A DNA stretch of 64,000 bases, from contig OZ245777.1 in assembly GCA_965227775.1 (NCBI GenBank), positions 2,496,001-2,560,000 of the forward strand, written 5' to 3'. Made by a program: the position numbers and the translations under genes. This stretch comes from Phycisphaerales bacterium (GTDB lineage Bacteria > Planctomycetota > Phycisphaerae > Phycisphaerales > UBA1924). Below the pieces are notes generated by a model, which saw only the letters and a list, made by a program, of their open reading frames with translations, did no database searches and was not told the DNA's origin. Position 1 is the first letter of the stretch, and every line of letters starts with the position of its first letter. This document shows, one piece after another, positions 58,080-64,000 of the stretch.

Positions 58080-59363
58080 TTACACGCCGCCGCGGTCTTG
58101 CAGTGTGGCCTCCAGATCGATGCGCTGGCCGTTCCGCTCAACGGTGACGGTGACGACATCGCCGGGCTCGTGACGCATGAGTTGGCCCATCCAGTCTCGG
58201 ACGTCGCCGACCTTCTGGCCGTTCCAGGCAACGAGCAGGTCGCCCGCTTGCAGGCCCGCATACTCGGCCGGCGAATCGGGCGTGATGCCACCAACGGCGA
58301 CGCCCTCGACGCCCTCGACGTACGAGCCGGGGCGGATGCCAAACCGGACCTTGATGCTGGCCATGCCAGGTCCGGATGAGGCACGTGGTCCACCAACGAA
58401 CTGGAACCCATCTCTCGCACTGGCCACGGCGTGCACGACCTGCATGAAGACCCGGGCGGTATGCGCGCCCTGGGTGCGATTGATCTTCCACGAGACGTCA
58501 CGCTCGGTGTGGTAGTCATCGTGCTGATCGGTCTGTGTCACGAACAGCACCGGCACGCGCGACTCGTAGAATGCCCAGTGGTCGCTCCGACCGCTCAGTC
58601 CGCTCTCGACCTGCTCGATCAGCGATGACGCCTCGAAGATTGGCGTGACGACGTCCTCGAGGCCCTGTCCGGTGCCGACGCCCGACACGCTCAAGCGGCC
58701 TTCCTCGACGCGACCGATCATGTCGAAGTTGATCATGAGCATGTGGGAGGTGATGGGGGCGATGGGGTTCTCGACGTAGTACGTCGCGCCCTTCAGGCCT
58801 GACTCTTCGCCGCTGAACGCGATGAACAGCACGCTGCGACGATCGCCGGGCAACTCGGCATACTCGGCCGCGAGCGATTGGGCCATCACAAGCATGCCGG
58901 CAACACCCGAAGCGTTATCGTCAGCGCCGGCGTGCAGCAGACCCGTTTGGCCGCGCGAGCTCAACTGTCCGTCGCCAAGATGATCGAGATGGGCGCCAAC
59001 GACAATGAACTGGCTCGCCAACTCGCCCTTGCCCCGCAGGATGCCAATCACGTTTTCTGCATTCGTCCCGTCCATGACAAACGCCTGGCGGTAGGACGCG
59101 TCCGCTCCCGTGCCGATGGCAGGATCGAGGCCGGCCAACTCGAACGAGCGCTCGACGTATCGCTTGGCAAGTTCCATGCCCTCACTGCCGGGTAGCCTGC
59201 CGCCCATGGCGGGACTGGAGAGTGTGGTCACATGGGTGTCGAACAGCCGGACATCGGCGTCGCTGGCCGTGAGAGCCCGCGAGATCGGGCAGTCTTGGCC
59301 GATCGCCGGAAAGGTGAGCACTGCGGCGGCAAGGATGGGCAGGACACGCGAGAGTCTGGACAT
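58080..59363 (-). CDS. M28 family aminopeptidase with C-terminal PDZ domain, exported
   Basis: GAHLDHLG, GADDNASG, SGEESGL, NFDMIGR, SDH and YH motifs; SPAEYAGLQAGD PDZ; AAGGAG RBS. Confidence 0.92.
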   Translation of the reverse strand: MSRLSRVLPILAAAVLTFPAIGQDCPISRALTASDADVRLFDTHVTTLSSPAMGGRLPGSEGMELAKRYVERSFELAGLDPAIGTGADASYRQAFVMDGTNAENVIGILRGKGELASQFIVVGAHLDHLGDGQLSSRGQTGLLHAGADDNASGVAGMLVMAQSLAAEYAELPGDRRSVLFIAFSGEESGLKGATYYVENPIAPITSHMLMINFDMIGRVEEGRLSVSGVGTGQGLEDVVTPIFEASSLIEQVESGLSGRSDHWAFYESRVPVLFVTQTDQHDDYHTERDVSWKINRTQGAHTARVFMQVVHAVASARDGFQFVGGPRASSGPGMASIKVRFGIRPGSYVEGVEGVAVGGITPDSPAEYAGLQAGDLLVAWNGQKVGDVRDWMGQLMRHEPGDVVTVTVERNGQRIDLEATLQDRGGV

Positions 59364-59372
59364 GATCGCTCC

Positions 59373-59389
59373 TTGAGACTTAGTCTCAA
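59373..59389. promoter_or_regulatory. Perfect 8-1-8 palindrome, Fur-box-like operator
   Basis: TTGAGACT-T-AGTCTCAA overlapping the 5' edge of the RBS of the M28 gene. Confidence 0.6.
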
Positions 59390-59415
59390 TACTGTAGGAG
59401 CGGCCCCGTCCAGTC

Positions 59416-59871
59416 TCAGCCCTTCTTGAGCAGTCCCAGGATGGACCCGCGCCGGAGCACGGCAACCATGGCCGACAGGAGCAGCACGGCGATCGCCATG
59501 CCGAAGAGCGTGCCGCCGTCGTCGCCGGTGCCGTCTGGAGTTGGTACGGCGATGCCGATGACTGCCACGTGCGATGCAATGGCTCCGAGCATCATGAGCA
59601 CACCACCGATAGCCCCAAATGCGGCGGTCCTGGGGATCAGGATGAGCACGACCACGATGAGCTCGAATACGCCCGAAGCGATCGCCGCCGGTCGTCCGCC
59701 CAGATCAGCAAAGACGACCTGCGTCTCGGGCGCATTGGTGAACTTGAAGAACAGCGTCTGACCGAGGATGCCGGCCACGACAAGCTGGCCGACCCACGAA
59801 GCAACGACGAACGGCTTTCCGCTGCGGATGGTGGGGATGCCGGAATTCGATGCTGTGCTTGCTTGGGGCAT
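59416..59871 (-). CDS. DoxX-like membrane protein
   Basis: ILGQTLFFKFT, E...LILIP, MLGAIASH and DDGGTLF pattern; GAGGAGG RBS. Confidence 0.85.
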   Translation of the reverse strand: MPQASTASNSGIPTIRSGKPFVVASWVGQLVVAGILGQTLFFKFTNAPETQVVFADLGGRPAAIASGVFELIVVVLILIPRTAAFGAIGGVLMMLGAIASHVAVIGIAVPTPDGTGDDGGTLFGMAIAVLLLSAMVAVLRRGSILGLLKKG

Positions 59872-59925
59872 GGCAGGGGCCTCCTCGATGGGTTCTGGCC
59901 CTGCTTATCCCGTTGTTAGTCCGGA

Positions 59926-60732
59926 CTATTCCGCTCTGCACGCCACGCAGACGATGAAGCTGTCGTCCAGATCGTCCGCAGCCATCGGTCGAATAAACGG
60001 TCGCCCTTCGTCGTCGACGGCATCGGGAAGTTGGCCGTACACCGCCGTCGACGCGAACCCGGCTTCGGCCATCGCATCTCGCAATTCGGGCACGCTCCAC
60101 AATCGCCAGTGGTAGACAAAGGCGTCGATGTGTTCGGCCTCGATGACACCCGCTCGCTCGATGCGGAAGTGCAGCGCATTGGTCACCATCCCCGTGAGCG
60201 CGTCGGCCTCGCGCTGCTCCCAGGTGTAGCGCACGCGCCACGCGCCTGTCCCGTCGGGGGCTAGGTGCTGCGGTAGCGGGTGGTATCGATGGACCTCGCC
60301 CATCAAGTACGCGCTCTCGCCGCCATAGGTGTCGCACACGAATGCGCCCGCGCGGTCCAGGCGAGATCGCGCGTGCCGCAGGTAGTCCAGCAGGCTCGCG
60401 CGATCGTGGTGATAGCCAATCGAGAAGTTGCCCACCCAGATCGCGTCGACGCTCGAGGGCTCTTCGAGCACGTCACCCACACGCGTGTGGATGCGTGCAG
60501 CTTCGGTACATCGAGTGAGGGCCGCGGAATCTCGATCAACGCACCACGCCCGGTGCTGGTCGCTCAGCTCAATCCAGGCGCGGCTGACAGCGCCGCTTCC
60601 GGCGAAGTCCTCGCCGAGCCGTTGTGGCTCTTGGCCGTGGATCGCGCGAAGCAGGTCAACAACGTGCCGCGGGCTCTGGACGCAGATCTCGTAGAGGTCC
60701 TGAGCGGTGGGGGCCTTTGCGTGCTCGCTCAC
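59926..60732 (-). CDS. Class I SAM-dependent methyltransferase-like protein
   Basis: LYEICVQSP, LGEDFAGSG motif I variant, NFS, YTWEQ and WRLWSVPE; GTGA coupling to the permease. Confidence 0.8.
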   Translation of the reverse strand: MSEHAKAPTAQDLYEICVQSPRHVVDLLRAIHGQEPQRLGEDFAGSGAVSRAWIELSDQHRAWCVDRDSAALTRCTEAARIHTRVGDVLEEPSSVDAIWVGNFSIGYHHDRASLLDYLRHARSRLDRAGAFVCDTYGGESAYLMGEVHRYHPLPQHLAPDGTGAWRVRYTWEQREADALTGMVTNALHFRIERAGVIEAEHIDAFVYHWRLWSVPELRDAMAEAGFASTAVYGQLPDAVDDEGRPFIRPMAADDLDDSFIVCVACRAE

Positions 60733-62105
60733 GCCATGCGCACCCAGCGGACGAGCGTGCGGAAGTTCGGCGGCTTGCCGAACATGAGCATGCCCACGCG
60801 GAAGATCTTGCCTGCCAGCCAGATCGCAACGACCGCGCCGATGGCCGCAACGGCGAGGCTGAGCAGGACCTGCCACAAGGGCGGCGGATCGTTGCTGGCG
60901 ATCCTGAGCATCATGATGAAGGGGTTGATCGGCGGGATGAAGCTAAGCGTGACCGCCAGCGTCGAGTTGGGGGCTCGCGGCACCACGATCATCATGAAGT
61001 AGGGAATCATCATGAACATCATGATGGGCGTCATGAACGCCTGTGCCTCTCGAAGGTCATTGACCGCAGCTCCGGCGGCGGCCATGAGTGAGGCGATCAT
61101 GCCGTAACCTGTCAGGAAGAAAAGGAACATCCAGACCAGGTGCATGGGTGTAATCAGGTCGCCCAGAGCGAACGCGATGAGCGCAGCGATGCCCACGCCC
61201 GAGTAGATCGCCAGCATGGAAAGGCCCACGAGCATCTGGCCCAGGATCTTGCCGGCCATGAGCTGCGTCGGCGACACGGCGCTGAGCAACACCTCAACGA
61301 CGCGGTTGGACTTCTCCTCGATCGTCGTTGTGAGCAGGTATTGCCCGCCCGTAAAGACGGCGCCCAGGACAAGCAGCATCATGACCATGGGCAGGATGAA
61401 GCTCATGGCGCTCGTAGAATCCCGCTCGCCCTCCTCGGTGACTTCGGTCGTGCGTTCGGCGTTGACCGTTGTCAGGGCCTGGATGGTCGACTTCTCGAAA
61501 CCGTTGGCCTTGTAGCGTGCATCGAGCACGCCGCGGCGCAGGCCACCCTTAATCTCGTCGACGATACGCTCATCGAGCCGAGGCATGTGCGTCAACGCGA
61601 AAGCACCGAACTGCTCTGCGGTAACGTCTTTCACCACGGCGTCTGGATCGATTCGAGCAATGGCAATGGTTGAACTCGGATCGTCCTTGACCGCCTGGCG
61701 GATGCGCTCCTTGGCGTCATCAAAGTCGGCATCCGGGGGAAGAACCTCGACGGTGAGCTGAGGAAGCTCGCCCTGCGTCATCGCCATTGCCTGGTCCATG
61801 GAGCCCTCGGGAGCGGCGGGCATCCCAGGCAGGGCCTCGCTCACACGCCGGACCATTTCGCCCCGCCTCTCGGCGATGGCCTGCGGGCTCAGGTACTCGG
61901 TCAGGAGCGGTGCGACCTCGCCGGTCGGATCGATGATGGCCACCGTGCCGACGACAGCTGGCGCCTTCTGCTGGCTGATGATGAAGATGATCACCGGGAT
62001 CGCGACGGCCAGAACGGCGGGCACAACGACGGCGCCGATGATGAAGCCCTTGGTCAGTACGGTCGACGCGAACTCGCGACCGGCGATGTGCAGGATGCGG
62101 ATCAT
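60729..62105 (-). CDS. ABC-2 permease (NatB/YhaP-like)
   Basis: IAGREF, large extracytoplasmic loop, IEEKSNRVVEVLLS..GKILG. Confidence 0.9.
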   Translation of the reverse strand: MIRILHIAGREFASTVLTKGFIIGAVVVPAVLAVAIPVIIFIISQQKAPAVVGTVAIIDPTGEVAPLLTEYLSPQAIAERRGEMVRRVSEALPGMPAAPEGSMDQAMAMTQGELPQLTVEVLPPDADFDDAKERIRQAVKDDPSSTIAIARIDPDAVVKDVTAEQFGAFALTHMPRLDERIVDEIKGGLRRGVLDARYKANGFEKSTIQALTTVNAERTTEVTEEGERDSTSAMSFILPMVMMLLVLGAVFTGGQYLLTTTIEEKSNRVVEVLLSAVSPTQLMAGKILGQMLVGLSMLAIYSGVGIAALIAFALGDLITPMHLVWMFLFFLTGYGMIASLMAAAGAAVNDLREAQAFMTPIMMFMMIPYFMMIVVPRAPNSTLAVTLSFIPPINPFIMMLRIASNDPPPLWQVLLSLAVAAIGAVVAIWLAGKIFRVGMLMFGKPPNFRTLVRWVRMA

Positions 62106-63091
62106 GCCGACGCTCCTTCCAGGGCTTCGCTCTCATCGCCCGAGCCTCGCAGCGAGTCGCGGACCTCGGCTTCCGTGGCGCCGCTGCCACCCGCGACCTC
62201 CTCGACGAACACGTCCTCGAGCGTCACGCGCTTGGCTGCAACGCTGCGCACCTGGATGGCAACAGCGATTTCGCGCACCGCGTGTGAAGCTGGCAAACGC
62301 TCGGGGTCGACGTGGGCCGCCCAGCCTTCACGAGTGTTCTCCACACGGACAACGCCATCGATGCGCTCCACCGTCAGTGGATCTTCGCCCTCGACTGGCT
62401 CGAAGAGCACCATGCTCGATTCGTGCGTGGCGCGGATCTCGTCGATCGAGGCGTCGAGCACCTTCTGTCCGTTGTTGATCATCACGATGCCCTGGCACAT
62501 CTGCTCGGCCTGGAACATCACGTGCGTGCACAAGATGACCGTGCGGCCCTGCTGGTGCTGCTCGGTCATCAGGCTCTGGAGCAGTCGGAGGTTCACCGGG
62601 TCGAGCCCGCTGAAGGGCTCGTCCAAAATGATCAGCTCGGGCTCGTGCAGTACGGCCGAGATGAACTGCACCTTCTGCTGCATGCCCTTGGAGAGCTCTT
62701 CGCACCGCTTGCTGGCCGCGTCGGTGAGCTCGACGCGCTCGAGCCACTCGCCAACACGGGTGGTGAGGTCCGGGTCGGTCAGGCCCTTGAGCTTGCCCAT
62801 GTACTTGAGGAACTGCGTGACCTTCATCTTGCGGTACACGCCACGCTCTTCGGGCAGGTAGCCGATGCGATCCTTGCTCTGCAGGGCACTCTTCTTGCCC
62901 AGCACCTGCAGGGTGCCCGAATCGGGGAAGAGGATGGACATGAGCATGCGGATGGTCGTGCTCTTGCCCGCGCCGTTGGGGCCGATGAGGCCCGTCAGGC
63001 TGCCGGCCTTGACGCGCAGGTCGAGCCCCTCGACGGCCACCTTGGGCCCGAAGGTCTTGCGCAGGTTTTCCATCACGACGGCGTCTTGCAC
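62102..63091 (-). CDS. ABC transporter ATP-binding protein (NatA/YhaQ-like)
   Basis: GPNGAGKSTT, GYLPEERG, LSKGMQQK and LDEPFSGLDPVN motifs; GGAGAGGAG RBS. Confidence 0.93.
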   Translation of the reverse strand: MQDAVVMENLRKTFGPKVAVEGLDLRVKAGSLTGLIGPNGAGKSTTIRMLMSILFPDSGTLQVLGKKSALQSKDRIGYLPEERGVYRKMKVTQFLKYMGKLKGLTDPDLTTRVGEWLERVELTDAASKRCEELSKGMQQKVQFISAVLHEPELIILDEPFSGLDPVNLRLLQSLMTEQHQQGRTVILCTHVMFQAEQMCQGIVMINNGQKVLDASIDEIRATHESSMVLFEPVEGEDPLTVERIDGVVRVENTREGWAAHVDPERLPASHAVREIAVAIQVRSVAAKRVTLEDVFVEEVAGGSGATEAEVRDSLRGSGDESEALEGASA

Positions 63092-63185
63092 GAGCGTGGC
63101 TCCTCTCCGGCTGATCCGGTTTGGGCGGCAACTGTAGGGGCAGGTGGCTGCTCGCTCGTGTTGTTGGGTGTTGCCTCGGAGGGAT

Positions 63186-63743
63186 TTACCGAGGCGGATT
63201 CGCTCGGGGACGATTCCAGGGCATCATCGCGAGCAGGCGGGCCATACCGCAATAGCCACTGACGCCCGCAAAGACTAAGCCGCAGCCAACGAAGGCCGGT
63301 ACAACGAAGAACCAAGAGCTGAACGCGATGCCCAGCAGCGTCCCTGCGGCCACGAGCGAGCCGGCAACGATCTGAACCTGCCGCATGACGTCCAGCTTCG
63401 GAGCGCCGGCGGGGTGTTCGACGGGGTGGCCGAGCGACTTCCAGGCCTCGATGCCGCCGTCGAGGTGGAACGCTTCAATGCCCGAGGCAGCAAGGGCCTG
63501 GTGGCATCGCTCTAGAGCCTTTCCAGACCGAGCGCCACTCCGGCAATGGAAGACCATCCGCTCGGCCGACGGCTCGAGCTTGAGCTTGTCTGGCTCGACC
63601 TGCGCCAGGGGCACATGCCGAGCGCCCTCGATGCGCTCGGTCGCGTGTTCGAACGTTTCGCGCACGTCCACCAGCACGGCGCAGCCCGAGTCGAGCCACG
63701 ATCGCAGCGTGCTGGCATCAACCGTCCGGTTGCTGCCGTCCAT
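63186..63743 (-). CDS. Rhodanese domain plus DUF2892 membrane protein (YgaP-like)
   Basis: LVDVRE, HCRSGARS active-site loop, GGIEAW, RQVQIVAG...GYCGMA..LA.MPWN. Confidence 0.9.
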   Translation of the reverse strand: MDGSNRTVDASTLRSWLDSGCAVLVDVRETFEHATERIEGARHVPLAQVEPDKLKLEPSAERMVFHCRSGARSGKALERCHQALAASGIEAFHLDGGIEAWKSLGHPVEHPAGAPKLDVMRQVQIVAGSLVAAGTLLGIAFSSWFFVVPAFVGCGLVFAGVSGYCGMARLLAMMPWNRPRANPPR

Positions 63744-63757
63744 GTTGCGAGACTCCC

Positions 63758-64000
63758 CTAACGATCCGCGGACGAACGGGCGACGCGTGCCTGGTCCTCT
63801 TGCCAGGCCGCGTAGCCGCCCTTCAGATTCACAACGTCAAACCCGAGGCGCTGGAGATAGCCGCAGGCCCTGGCGGAGCGGACCCCCGCCTGGCAGTGGA
63901 CCAGCAGCGTTCCATCGCGTGACAATTCATCGAGCCGCGACGCAAGGCGCGTGTGCGCGATGTTTGTGGCGTTCTCGATGTGACCAGCGGCGTACTCAGT
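63758..64000 (-). CDS. Rhodanese-domain protein, C-terminal part (5' end outside the window)
   Basis: Manual translation ...EYAAGHIENA...VHCQAGVRSARA...LKGGYAAW...*; absent from the supplied ORF track. Confidence 0.85.
   Translation of the reverse strand, partial: TEYAAGHIENATNIAHTRLASRLDELSRDGTLLVHCQAGVRSARACGYLQRLGFDVVNLKGGYAAWQEDQARVARSSADR

Overview
High-GC (about two-thirds G+C by eye) bacterial chromosomal segment, most likely from a Planctomycetota (Phycisphaerales-like) genome. This assignment is inferred from the gene order tRNA-Gln/short glmU/prs/rplY/pth/rpsF/ssb/rplI without rpsR and from the many lipoproteins and peptidases. The window is mostly housekeeping. It holds four tRNAs (Ala-GGC, Gln-TTG, fMet-CAT, Thr-CGT), the rpmF-plsX-fabH-fabD-(lipoprotein)-fabG cluster, recQ, purD, a dapL-like aminotransferase, gspD/gspE, a heme o synthase/ABC/SCO cluster, an ECF sigma/anti-sigma pair, an OPT transporter and several secreted peptidases. 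I saw no integrase, transposase or CRISPR array. Three signals stand out. (1) An unexplained, densely structured ~390-nt intergenic element (about 1868-2254) carries a 16-nt match to the reverse complement of the conserved 16S rRNA 3' end, an 18-codon ORF and a strong terminator. (2) At least nine genes lack a Shine-Dalgarno site but have TANNNT 5-7 nt before the start codon, suggesting widespread leaderless mRNAs. (3) Fur-box-like TGAGA-N5-TCTCA palindromes lie upstream of a small HiPIP-like four-Cys protein and of an M28 peptidase. All functional calls come from reading motifs by eye; no database search was run.
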